This document shows, in pieces, positions 20,635 through 29,006 of a stretch of DNA of 32,000 nt (positions are counted from its first letter, which is position 1; the number at the start of each line of letters is the position of its first letter). The position numbers and the translations under genes were made by a program. The stretch is from Synechococcus sp. A15-28. Lineage in GTDB: Bacteria > Cyanobacteriota > Cyanobacteriia > PCC-6307 > Cyanobiaceae. The DNA lies in assembly GCF_014280175.1 (NCBI RefSeq), contig NZ_CP047931.1:2070001-2102000 (forward strand), given 5' to 3'. The notes under the pieces were generated by a model, which had not been told where the DNA came from, did not search any database, and was given only the letters and a program-made list of their open reading frames with translations.

Positions 20635-21819
20635 ATGACGCAGCTGGAAACGCGCACTGAGCCCATGGTGGTGAACTTCGGGCCCCACCACCCCTCCATG
20701 CACGGGGTGCTGCGGCTCGTGGTGACGCTGGACGGTGAGGACGTGGTCGACTGCGAACCGGTGATCGGCTATCTCCACCGCGGCATGGAGAAGATTGCTG
20801 AGAACCGCACGAACGTGATGTTTGTGCCATACGTGAGCCGCATGGACTACGCGGCAGGGATGTTCTATGAGGCGGTGGTGGTGAACGCCCCAGAAAAACT
20901 GGCGGACATCCCGGTGCCCAAGCGAGCCAGCTACATCCGGGTGCTGATGCTGGAGCTCAACCGCATCGCCAACCACCTGCTCTGGCTTGGCCCCTTCCTG
21001 GCGGACGTTGGTGCTCAGACTCCGTTCTTCTATATCTTCCGCGAGCGGGAGATGATCTACGACCTCTGGGAAGCTGCGACGGGCCAGCGGCTGATCAACA
21101 ACAACTACTTCCGCATCGGCGGCGTCGCCGCTGATCTGCCCTGGGGCTGGTTGGAGAAGTGCCGCGATTTCTGCGACTGGTTCGGCCCCAAGATCGATGA
21201 ATACGAAAAGCTGATCACCAACAACCCGATCTTCCGGCGCCGCATTGAAGGGCTGGGAACGATCGAGAAGCAGGACGCCATCAACTGGAGCCTCTCGGGG
21301 CCGATGCTGCGCGCCTCCGGGGTGCCCTGGGACCTGCGCAAGGTGGATCACTACGAGTGCTACGACGACTTCGACTGGCAAGTTGCGTCAGAGAAGGAAG
21401 GCGATTGCTACGCCCGCTACCGCGTGCGCATCGAGGAAATGCGCCAGTCGCTCAAGATCCTGCGGCAGGCCTGCGACATGATCCCCGGCGGTCCCACCGA
21501 AAACCTCGAAGCCAAAAGGCTCAATGAAGGCAAGGGCAGCGACGCCGCCGGTTTCGACTTCCAGTATGTGGCCAAGAAGGTGGCCCCCACGTTCAAGATC
21601 CCCAACGGCGAGCTGTACACCCGGCTGGAGTCCGGCAAAGGCGAGATCGGTGTGTTCATTCAGGGCAACAACGACGTCACCCCCTGGCGCTTCAAGATCC
21701 GCGCTGCCGACAGCAACAACCTGCAGATCCTTCCCCACATCCTCAAGGGACACAAGGTGGCCGACATCATGGCCATCCTTGGTTCCATCGACGTGATCAT
21801 GGGCTCTGTGGATCGCTGA
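20635..21819 (+). CDS. ndhH: NAD(P)H-quinone oxidoreductase subunit H (NuoD homolog)
   Basis: [15 protein letters not shown] ... [13 protein letters not shown] ... ends [12 protein letters not shown]. 394 aa. Confidence 0.95.
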   Translation: MTQLETRTEPMVVNFGPHHPSMHGVLRLVVTLDGEDVVDCEPVIGYLHRGMEKIAENRTNVMFVPYVSRMDYAAGMFYEAVVVNAPEKLADIPVPKRASYIRVLMLELNRIANHLLWLGPFLADVGAQTPFFYIFREREMIYDLWEAATGQRLINNNYFRIGGVAADLPWGWLEKCRDFCDWFGPKIDEYEKLITNNPIFRRRIEGLGTIEKQDAINWSLSGPMLRASGVPWDLRKVDHYECYDDFDWQVASEKEGDCYARYRVRIEEMRQSLKILRQACDMIPGGPTENLEAKRLNEGKGSDAAGFDFQYVAKKVAPTFKIPNGELYTRLESGKGEIGVFIQGNNDVTPWRFKIRAADSNNLQILPHILKGHKVADIMAILGSIDVIMGSVDR

Positions 21820-21862
21820 GGTCCTGAACCGTTTCCTCCAGCGAGTCCGCAGGACGGGGTAT

Positions 21863-22237
21863 GTGCTGCCGTCGGTTCTCACCGGGACCCTCTGGCTGAA
21901 AGGACTTCATCCGGAGCTACCAGGTTGGAGTTGCCCACTGCGGTCTCTGACCGGTATTCCCTGCCCCACCTGCTTCCTCACCCGCGCCACCGCCGCTGCA
22001 CTCAGCGGTGATCTGCACGGTTCCATCCAGTGGCATGCCTTTGGCCCCATGGCCGCGGCTGGATTGCTCAGTTGGAGCGCATTGGCCCTGGTTCGACGAC
22101 GGTTGGTCCCACTGCCTGAAGGCCGGTTCCCTTGGCTGGGGGTCGCCACGGCGCTGCTGATGTTCTGGCTGTTACGGCTGACCCTCAGCTATGGCTTTGG
22201 GGTGGAAGGCATCCTGGGGTTCCCGGCTTTGCCTTGA
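21863..22237 (+). CDS. DUF2752-like small membrane protein
   Basis: CPLRSLTGIPCPTCFLTRA motif followed by TM segments. GTG start. Confidence 0.65.
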   Translation: MLPSVLTGTLWLKGLHPELPGWSCPLRSLTGIPCPTCFLTRATAAALSGDLHGSIQWHAFGPMAAAGLLSWSALALVRRRLVPLPEGRFPWLGVATALLMFWLLRLTLSYGFGVEGILGFPALP

Positions 22238-22257
22238 ACCATTCGCCGCCGATTGCC

Positions 22258-22716
22258 GTGACCTCACAAGACCACTGGCTCAAGTTGGAACGCCAGGTTC
22301 ATTTCGGAGACACCGATGCCGCCGGTGTGATGCACTTCCATCACCTGCTGCGCTGGTGCCACGAAGCCTGGGAAGAGAGTCTGGAGCGTTACGGCATCGA
22401 CGCCGGCACTATCTTCCCGGGCTGCCGCGGCCAGCAGCAATGGCCAGCGGTGGCCCTACCGGTGGTGCACTGCCAGGCCGACTTCCTGCGTCCGGTGCAT
22501 GGTGGTGATCGATTGCGCGTGCATCTGAAGCCCCAGCGGCTCGACCCTGGTTGCTTCGAGGTGCGAACGACGTTCCAACTCGAGACCACTGTTGTGGCCA
22601 ACGGCCTGATCCGTCATCTGGCCATCCGTTCAGACTCCCGTGAGCGCTGCCCGCTGCCTGAGCCCGTGGACCTCTGGTTGGAAGCCTCTGGCTTGGGCCA
22701 GATCACTAGCCTCTAG
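22258..22716 (+). CDS. hotdog-fold 1,4-dihydroxy-2-naphthoyl-CoA thioesterase (Slr0204-like, 4HBT family)
   Basis: ERQVHFGDTDAAGVMHFHHLLRWCHEAWEESL and ALPVVHCQADFLRPVHGGDRL match my recollection of the cyanobacterial DHNA-CoA thioesterase pattern. It also neighbours the men genes. Start GTG 22258 or TTG 22234; ATG 22132 overlaps the previous gene. Confidence 0.75.
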   Translation: MTSQDHWLKLERQVHFGDTDAAGVMHFHHLLRWCHEAWEESLERYGIDAGTIFPGCRGQQQWPAVALPVVHCQADFLRPVHGGDRLRVHLKPQRLDPGCFEVRTTFQLETTVVANGLIRHLAIRSDSRERCPLPEPVDLWLEASGLGQITSL

Positions 22717-22895
22717 TCCCGCCGTCGCTGCCAGGCCCAGACGAGGGCTGCGCACTGCAAAGGGAACACGGCAGCAGCCCAGGCCAACGGATGAAACCCC
22801 GCGGACCCATGGCCCACCAGGGCTGCCGTACTGAACAGTGCGGTCCCAGACAGCAGGGCGGTGCTGGCCGATCGCCGGAAGCCAGAGCTCGACAT
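22713..22895 (-). CDS. candidate 60-aa membrane ORF coupled to the TM2 gene
   Basis: ATG overlaps the TM2 stop by 1 nt (TGATG on the minus strand). Two hydrophobic stretches and a basic C-terminus (QRRRD). GC-rich third positions. Exactly fills the convergent gap. Confidence 0.35.
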   Translation of the reverse strand: MSSSGFRRSASTALLSGTALFSTAALVGHGSAGFHPLAWAAAVFPLQCAALVWAWQRRRD

Positions 22896-23173
22896 CAGAA
22901 CCAGGGTTTCTCCTGATCGAGATAGAGCTCGCGAAATTCGTCGGTGGATTTGGTGAGGTAAATGACCCCCTCGATCAACCCGATGATGGACATCACACCA
23001 GTGGCAACGCCGCAGGTCACCACTCCACCGGCCAGGCCCACCACCAACATGATGATCCCGGCGTTGTTGTAGCCCAGCACAAACTTGTGGATACCGAAGG
23101 AGCCCAGAAAGATTCCCAGCAAGCCAGCTGCCAGCTTCCTGTTGCTGATCTCGGTTTCAGACAGCTCAGCCAT
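22895..23173 (-). CDS. TM2-domain membrane protein (92 aa)
   Basis: KLAAGLLGIFLGSFGIHKFVLGYNNAGIIMLVV... is the TM2 signature (two helices, GxHxFYLG-like). Its ATG 23173 overlaps the menE stop by 8 nt. Confidence 0.8.
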   Translation of the reverse strand: MAELSETEISNRKLAAGLLGIFLGSFGIHKFVLGYNNAGIIMLVVGLAGGVVTCGVATGVMSIIGLIEGVIYLTKSTDEFRELYLDQEKPWF

Positions 23174-24329
23174 CGGGGTCTGGCGGGTTCCCTGATTCTT
23201 GCGACTGCAACCAGGCCTGCCAACGACGTCGATGCCACTTGCCGGCCTCCGATGGCGCCAGCTCGGGACAGAGCACCCAACGCTGCGGCCGCTCTGCCGC
23301 AGGCCAAAGTCGGGTGAGGTCCTGCAACCGCTCCACGATGTCGGGAGTGCTGCTGCGCACCAGACCCACCAACCGCTCACCCCAGTCCGCATCAGGACGC
23401 CCCAGCAGCAACACCGCCTGGAGTGGCAGGCCTGAGGCCAGCAGGCGGGCCTCCAGCTGTTCCGGAAAGACCGTCTCACCCCCGGAAATCACGGCCCCAT
23501 CCAGCCGGCCCAGGATGCGCAGATCCGCCTCGAGCACAGCCCGATCCCCGGAACGCCACCAACCACCGGCGTCGCGCAGGCCCTGCAACTGTTCAGGCTG
23601 CTGCGGCCGCCAACAGGCGATCGCCAGACGCCCCGTTTTCACCTCCAGGGCCCCATCTGCAGCCAGCCGCAGCTCAACGTCCATCAGCGGGACACCGCAG
23701 CTGTCGTCCCCCTGCAGGAAGCGTTCCGGCGGCAAAGCCGTCACCATCGCCGCCGTCTCCGTGGCGCCGTAGCAAGGTGACAACCTGATTCCCGCCTGGC
23801 GGGCCTGATCAGCCATCACAGCCGGGAGCGCGGCACCCCCCACCCAGATCACGCTGAAGCGTTGCAGCCAGTCGATACCGCTTGGATCCGCCAGAAGCCG
23901 ACCGAGCTGGGTGGGCACCAAGGACAACAGGGCAGGCCTCTGGCCCCACCCCGCCTGCGCTTCGCAGGTCCCGATCAACTCCTGAGGCTGCTTGAGCGCA
24001 GTGGGCTCAAGGGAAAGGTGGGGCACCCCCCAACAGTGGCTGCGCCACCAAGGCATCAATCCACTGACGTGATGCATCGGCAGGGGATTACAGATCAGCA
24101 CCTCCCCCGGATCCAGACCGATGCCCTGCAACCAGTGAGCCGTTGCAACTGCTGATTGATCCAGATGCTTCAGAGGTTGCAGACAGATCCGCCGACCACC
24201 ACTGCTGCCGCCGCTGCTCACCAGCACTCCTGGACCGGGCGGCAACAGCTGCTGAGGCAGCGCTTCCGCTCCCCTGAGGGGCATCCAGCGCCCGTCGCGG
24301 AACCCTTGCAGCAGCTCACGGGCCGTCAT
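23166..24329 (-). CDS. menE: o-succinylbenzoate-CoA ligase
   Basis: Adenylate-forming enzyme motifs (SSGGSSGGRR P-loop-like, YGATET, GWWRSGDRA). ATG 24329 overlaps the menC stop (ATGA). Position in the men chain. Confidence 0.85.
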   Translation of the reverse strand: MTARELLQGFRDGRWMPLRGAEALPQQLLPPGPGVLVSSGGSSGGRRICLQPLKHLDQSAVATAHWLQGIGLDPGEVLICNPLPMHHVSGLMPWWRSHCWGVPHLSLEPTALKQPQELIGTCEAQAGWGQRPALLSLVPTQLGRLLADPSGIDWLQRFSVIWVGGAALPAVMADQARQAGIRLSPCYGATETAAMVTALPPERFLQGDDSCGVPLMDVELRLAADGALEVKTGRLAIACWRPQQPEQLQGLRDAGGWWRSGDRAVLEADLRILGRLDGAVISGGETVFPEQLEARLLASGLPLQAVLLLGRPDADWGERLVGLVRSSTPDIVERLQDLTRLWPAAERPQRWVLCPELAPSEAGKWHRRRWQAWLQSQESGNPPDPDG

Positions 24330-25303
24330 GGTGAGGCCGCCTCCCACACCGCAGCCGGGTCGTCGCTGAACAAGGGGCCCGAGGGACACCAGCCCGGCGC
24401 AAGCCCCGGTGCCACGGGCGTCGGCCCCTGCAGCTGCAGCGCCGCCAGATGATGCAGCCAGCGGCGCCCGATTCCCGTTTCAAAGGCGGTGCTGAGCATC
24501 CGATAAGGCACGCACTCCTGCAGCTGCCGCAACAGCGGCCGGGGATCCCCCTCCAGCAGCGGACGCCGCACCTGCCATCCGCCCCAACGGTTCCGCAGCG
24601 ATGGGTCCTGGTCCAAGGATTCATCCAGGGCAACCGGCCCCAGGCCCGCCAGATCCTTCAGGCCCTGCTGATCGTCCGGTGCCAGAGGTTGCTCCAGCCA
24701 GGCGAAGCGTGGATCCCCCACCAGCCGTTCCATCCAGCGGCGGGCCGTGGCCCGGTTCCAGCCACCGTTGGCATCCAGCCGCAGGGACGCCGTGGATGGC
24801 AACCGCTCCAACAAGATCTCCAGCAACGACCACTCCTTCGGGTCCGGGTCCGCCGCCACCTTCCACTTCAGCGTCAACTCCCGCTGACGACCCCGCTGTT
24901 CCAGCAATTGCTCCAGTTGCGGCAGCATCCGCTCACCTGCCGGCAGCAGCTCAGCAGACCTCGGCGCCGCCAGCCACCCCTGTCGGCCAGGGCTGCCCAC
25001 CAAACCGTCCAACTCCGCCAGGGCTGCCCCGACCCCGAAGCCCAAGGCGGGAGACAGCCTGGGCAGCCGCTGCTCGAGCTGTGATCGATGCAGCAGTTGA
25101 CCAGTCAGCTGCTGCAAACCAGCAGCGCACGGCGATCGCTCGGCTGGATCGAGCGGCGCCACCTCACCCCAGCCCAGAGCACCATCGCTCGCCTCAATCC
25201 GCAACAGCCAGCCTTCGCGGTCTTCAATCACCCCCGCCGCGGTGCGCAATGGCTGCTGCAGCAAAAAGCGAAAGCGGCGCCACTGCAGCTGGAGAGGCAT
25301 CAC
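24326..25303 (-). CDS. menC: o-succinylbenzoate synthase (enolase superfamily)
   Basis: LKWKV...LRLDANGGW...LEQPL...LDES pattern of metal and catalytic residues. Start GTG 25303 or ATG 25300, both overlapping the menA stop. Confidence 0.85.
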   Translation of the reverse strand: MMPLQLQWRRFRFLLQQPLRTAAGVIEDREGWLLRIEASDGALGWGEVAPLDPAERSPCAAGLQQLTGQLLHRSQLEQRLPRLSPALGFGVGAALAELDGLVGSPGRQGWLAAPRSAELLPAGERMLPQLEQLLEQRGRQRELTLKWKVAADPDPKEWSLLEILLERLPSTASLRLDANGGWNRATARRWMERLVGDPRFAWLEQPLAPDDQQGLKDLAGLGPVALDESLDQDPSLRNRWGGWQVRRPLLEGDPRPLLRQLQECVPYRMLSTAFETGIGRRWLHHLAALQLQGPTPVAPGLAPGWCPSGPLFSDDPAAVWEAASP

Positions 25304-26232
25304 AGCCCCCCCAGGGCCAGTCCAAACGCCAGACCCAGGCCGTTCCAGGCCTGGAACCGCAGGGCCAGAAACTTGCTCCCGCTGATGCGGTCGGGCTGGT
25401 CATGGCAACGCCGCATCAATCGGATCAAAGCCAGACCCGCCGGAAGCCCCAGACCGCTCAGCAACACGGTGAAAGGCCAGTCTCCGTTCAGAACCGGAAG
25501 CCACTCCAGCGCCAGCGTCAAAGCCACAAACCAGGGCACCAACGCCGCAGCCCGTCCTGTGCCGAGACGCACCACCGGTGAACGTTTGCCGTGGGCCGCA
25601 TCCTCCTCCACCTGATGAAAATGTGAGCAAAACAGCACCAGGCTGGTGGCCAGGGCCGGCCCTGACCCCAGCATCCAGGCGGTTTCCCAAGGAATCGACG
25701 TCACCCCCCTGGGCTGCAACACCATCAGGGCCGCTGCGGTGGCAAAAGGCCCAAATGCCAGCCAGCACAGGGGCTCACCCAAGCCGCGATAGCCAAGGCG
25801 GAATGGCGGGCCCTGATACACGAAACCCAGTCCGCAGCACACCAACACCAGGGCCAACACCGTCCAGCTGCTGCTCCAGGCCAACCAACCCATCAACAAC
25901 AACCCCAGGGCCAAGGCGGAGGTCGCCCCCAGCGCCACCCGGTCCCGCCGTCCGGTGAGGTTCACCACGGAGTGGGGTTTGCCGGTGGTGTCGACACCCG
26001 TGGCCGCATCAAACACATCGTTGCTGAGGTTCTCCCACAGCAGCAGCAGGATGGCCGCCAACAGAAACCCGAACAACTGCGTCCAGCGCAGCGATCCAAC
26101 GGCACCGAGGCGCCACCCCGCCGCCAGCAGTACCGGCATCACCGCCACGGAATACATCGGCCACTTGATCGCGGCTTTCCACAGCAAACGCCGTTCGGCG
26201 TAACGGGATGCGACAGCCTGCGGCTTAACCAT
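25300..26232 (-). CDS. menA: 1,4-dihydroxy-2-naphthoate phytyl/polyprenyltransferase (UbiA family)
   Basis: NLSNDVFDAATGVD (NxxxDxxxD) motif, polytopic. Start at ATG 26232 (MVKPQAV...) within track ORF ..26412. Confidence 0.9.
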   Translation of the reverse strand: MVKPQAVASRYAERRLLWKAAIKWPMYSVAVMPVLLAAGWRLGAVGSLRWTQLFGFLLAAILLLLWENLSNDVFDAATGVDTTGKPHSVVNLTGRRDRVALGATSALALGLLLMGWLAWSSSWTVLALVLVCCGLGFVYQGPPFRLGYRGLGEPLCWLAFGPFATAAALMVLQPRGVTSIPWETAWMLGSGPALATSLVLFCSHFHQVEEDAAHGKRSPVVRLGTGRAAALVPWFVALTLALEWLPVLNGDWPFTVLLSGLGLPAGLALIRLMRRCHDQPDRISGSKFLALRFQAWNGLGLAFGLALGGL

Positions 26233-27706
26233 GGACTGGACCCGATTCCCGCGGGTGATCACCCATACATTTGAACAGTATCCCCGGCCGGAACCGCCGC
26301 AGATGTCGGCTGATTGTTCGTTCAGCAGTGTTCTCGAGGCCTCCCGGCAGGGCTGGATGGCCGCAGGAGGAGAGGACACGCTGCTCAGCCTGGCCCTGCC
26401 CCTCGATGGCATTGACCCGCTTCAGGCCCTGCCGGTGCTGGCAGATCAAGCCCCGTTCCAGATGCTCATGGACGGTGCCCCAGGGCTTTGTCTGGCGGCT
26501 GCCGGGTCCTGCCAGCAACTGGAACTGGACGGTGCACGTCGTTTCGAACTGGCCCAGCGCTTCGCCGATCTCAGCCTCAGCCGTCTGGTGGACACCAGGC
26601 CCGTCTGCCCCGCCCAGGCCAGGCCAAGGGTGGTGCTGCGCTTCCGATTCTTCGATCAGGTCGGGGAACACCACCACGGAGTCATGCACCCCCCAGCTGT
26701 CGAGGCGGTGCTGCCCCGCTGGCAGCTCACCCGTCAGGGACGCCGTGGCTGGCTCCGCCTCAATGGGGTCGTCAACGCCACCGCCGAAGCCCGGAATCTG
26801 GCCGAACAGCTCTGGCTCAAATGGGAACAACTTCAGAAAGAGCTGCCCCAAGTCGCGTCCAGTCGATCACCGACGCAGCTGACCAACGGCAACACAGAGC
26901 ATTGGAAACAGCGCTACAGCCGTGCTGTCGAACGAGGCATCGATCTGGTTAACAAGGGGGAACTGCACAAGCTGGTGCTGGCGGTGCGGCACACCATTGA
27001 TCTGGACACGCACTTCAATCCCTTGCCCCTGCTGCAGCGACTGAGGCGTCAGCAGGCCGGAAGCTGCCGCTTTCTATGGCAGCGGAACGCAGACGACGCT
27101 TTTTTCGGCGCCTCCCCAGAACGTCTGCTGAGCCTGAGGGGTGGCTGGCTGCGCAGCGATGCCCTCGCCGGAACCGCAGGCGAGGGCGATGACGGAAACC
27201 AACTGCTGCGCTCTGACAAAGATCGTCGTGAACATGAGCTGGTGGTGGACACGCTCACCAACCAGCTGTTGCAGATGGGACTGACACCCTGTCGCCGCCG
27301 CCTGCCGCAGCTGGCCCGCCACGGCCAACTCACCCATCTGCACACCCCGATCACGGCTGAGGTGCAGGAAAGGCCAGTGCTCAGGCTGGCAGAACAGCTG
27401 CATCCGACCCCTGCCGTCGCTGGCTTGCCACGACGGGAAGCCATGGCCTGGTTGCGCACGCTCGAACCCTTCGAGCGAGGCAACTATGCGGCACCTATTG
27501 GCTGGATTGATAACCAAGGTGATGCAGAGCTTCGTGTCGCCATTCGCTGCGGCCACGCCCGAGGACATCAGATGGAGTTCACAGCCGGCGCAGGGCTCGT
27601 TCGCGGCTCATGCCCGGATCGGGAAATGCAAGAAGTAGATCTAAAATTACAAGTTCTGATTAAGGAATTTGACGCAGCAACAATTTTTAATGTCAGAAAT
27701 GCCTGA
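26231..27706 (+). CDS. menF: isochorismate synthase
   Basis: Chorismate-binding motifs LHPTPAVAGLPR, ERGNYAAPIGW and FTAGAGLVRGS. Start ATG 26231 or ATG 26303 (MSADCS...). The last ~27 codons are AT-rich. Confidence 0.9.
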   Translation: MDWTRFPRVITHTFEQYPRPEPPQMSADCSFSSVLEASRQGWMAAGGEDTLLSLALPLDGIDPLQALPVLADQAPFQMLMDGAPGLCLAAAGSCQQLELDGARRFELAQRFADLSLSRLVDTRPVCPAQARPRVVLRFRFFDQVGEHHHGVMHPPAVEAVLPRWQLTRQGRRGWLRLNGVVNATAEARNLAEQLWLKWEQLQKELPQVASSRSPTQLTNGNTEHWKQRYSRAVERGIDLVNKGELHKLVLAVRHTIDLDTHFNPLPLLQRLRRQQAGSCRFLWQRNADDAFFGASPERLLSLRGGWLRSDALAGTAGEGDDGNQLLRSDKDRREHELVVDTLTNQLLQMGLTPCRRRLPQLARHGQLTHLHTPITAEVQERPVLRLAEQLHPTPAVAGLPRREAMAWLRTLEPFERGNYAAPIGWIDNQGDAELRVAIRCGHARGHQMEFTAGAGLVRGSCPDREMQEVDLKLQVLIKEFDAATIFNVRNA

Positions 27707-27764
27707 TCAAAGGGTTCCCCTCCTTCAGCAATACTAAAATAAGAATAATGAATTAATCGAGGAA

Positions 27765-28904
27765 ATGGCAGCAAACGATGTTGCGTCAAATTTTTATGAC
27801 GCTTTTGTCGCTTACCTGCAAAGCGAAAAAGGAGAAAGGAAGGAAAGCAAAAAAGCTTTGAGATCTTTGATGTCTAAAGATTTCAACTTGAAAGTCTCTG
27901 GCACACCAGGAATTGTCTCCAACGCCTACGGAGCATCCAATCAACCCGTCAAAAACGACGGCACGGGAGATCCTCTCTACAGCGACGGCATTCCTAATGG
28001 ACGCTCCAACGCGATGAAGCGGTTCAAGGCACTCCGCAAAGAAATCACCACCGACTCAGTCGAAGTTGATTTCGTCATCGGCGGGGAATTCGGCACATCA
28101 TTGACCATCACAGATCCGGTGACGTGGGCAACAGAACCCATGACGGACAGGGTGGTCATACTCTCTGACCATTACGCAACGGCCAAAAATACCAACAACA
28201 ATTTCCGCCTTGATGTCGCGAGCTTCTTCACAGTCGGCGATGACGACAAAGTCAACGACTTTGAAATGCGCTTCGACTCCTATGTGATGTCACAAGCCAT
28301 GTCAGGCATGGAGCCTTTGATCGCCAATCCAGATATGGACGAGGCGATGCAGGGGTATCGCGATAGTTCTGTAACCACAGATCAGACCATTAACGGCACA
28401 TTTACATTCTTCGGGACATTTGCAACCGCGGCACCCCCAGATCCAGACAACCTTGACGTGATCGCACCCGTTCTAACGGACGAGGTGAGAGTCAAGTTCC
28501 AGGGAGATCCCAACTTTCAACTCTCGGCCCGCGACATAATTGGCATCGGGAAGGATGACTATTTAGCCGTACAAAAAGGCTCATGGGTGCAAAGCATCAG
28601 TGAACTTTTCACGATGGAAGAAATCTATGCTCTTGATGACATTTCTGTCGCAAACTATAAAGAACAACGGATTTCATCTGGACCTGGTTTTTCCGAAGAA
28701 GGCCATGGGCCGAGCCTAGGAAATCGGTTTGTTATGGACGCAGCAATCATCACCTACATTCATAACAACGAGGAAAACCCTGACCTCCCTCAACTCACTG
28801 CGTCAACGGAAGGGTTATTTGATACAGCACCGATCGTGGAAGCAACCTACGGATCAGAGCCTTTTCCAATTCCTACCCAAAGCTACGTTGGACCATTGGC
28901 GTAA
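27765..28904 (+). CDS. hypothetical protein A, putative tandem NTF2/SnoaL-like fold (379 aa), paralog of 29007..29996
   Basis: Long uninterrupted ORF in lower-GC DNA, with GAGGAA immediately upstream of the ATG. Shares blocks with the next gene (see finding). No signal peptide or TM segment. Confidence 0.8.
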   Translation: MAANDVASNFYDAFVAYLQSEKGERKESKKALRSLMSKDFNLKVSGTPGIVSNAYGASNQPVKNDGTGDPLYSDGIPNGRSNAMKRFKALRKEITTDSVEVDFVIGGEFGTSLTITDPVTWATEPMTDRVVILSDHYATAKNTNNNFRLDVASFFTVGDDDKVNDFEMRFDSYVMSQAMSGMEPLIANPDMDEAMQGYRDSSVTTDQTINGTFTFFGTFATAAPPDPDNLDVIAPVLTDEVRVKFQGDPNFQLSARDIIGIGKDDYLAVQKGSWVQSISELFTMEEIYALDDISVANYKEQRISSGPGFSEEGHGPSLGNRFVMDAAIITYIHNNEENPDLPQLTASTEGLFDTAPIVEATYGSEPFPIPTQSYVGPLA

Positions 28905-29006
28905 TACTTTGCAGGGCACCATGCCAGTTTAATCTTTTCTTTAGATCAAAGAAGGTCGTTCTGCGAAATTTTAGTTAAAATAAAGTTAAGCATACCCAGC
29001 TTAAAG

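Noticed and set aside
27568-27789. 73-aa minus-strand ORF spanning the menF end and the start of gene A.
   Set aside because: It overlaps two better-supported + strand genes and crosses the compositional junction. No motifs.
28986-29004. Hairpin TTAAGC-ataccca-GCTTAA just upstream of the gene B start, and the TTCTTT-agatc-AAAGAA stem in the A-B spacer. Both considered as regulatory structures.
   Set aside because: Short, A/T-rich stems with marginal predicted stability. Such pairs arise easily in a spacer of about 30% GC.
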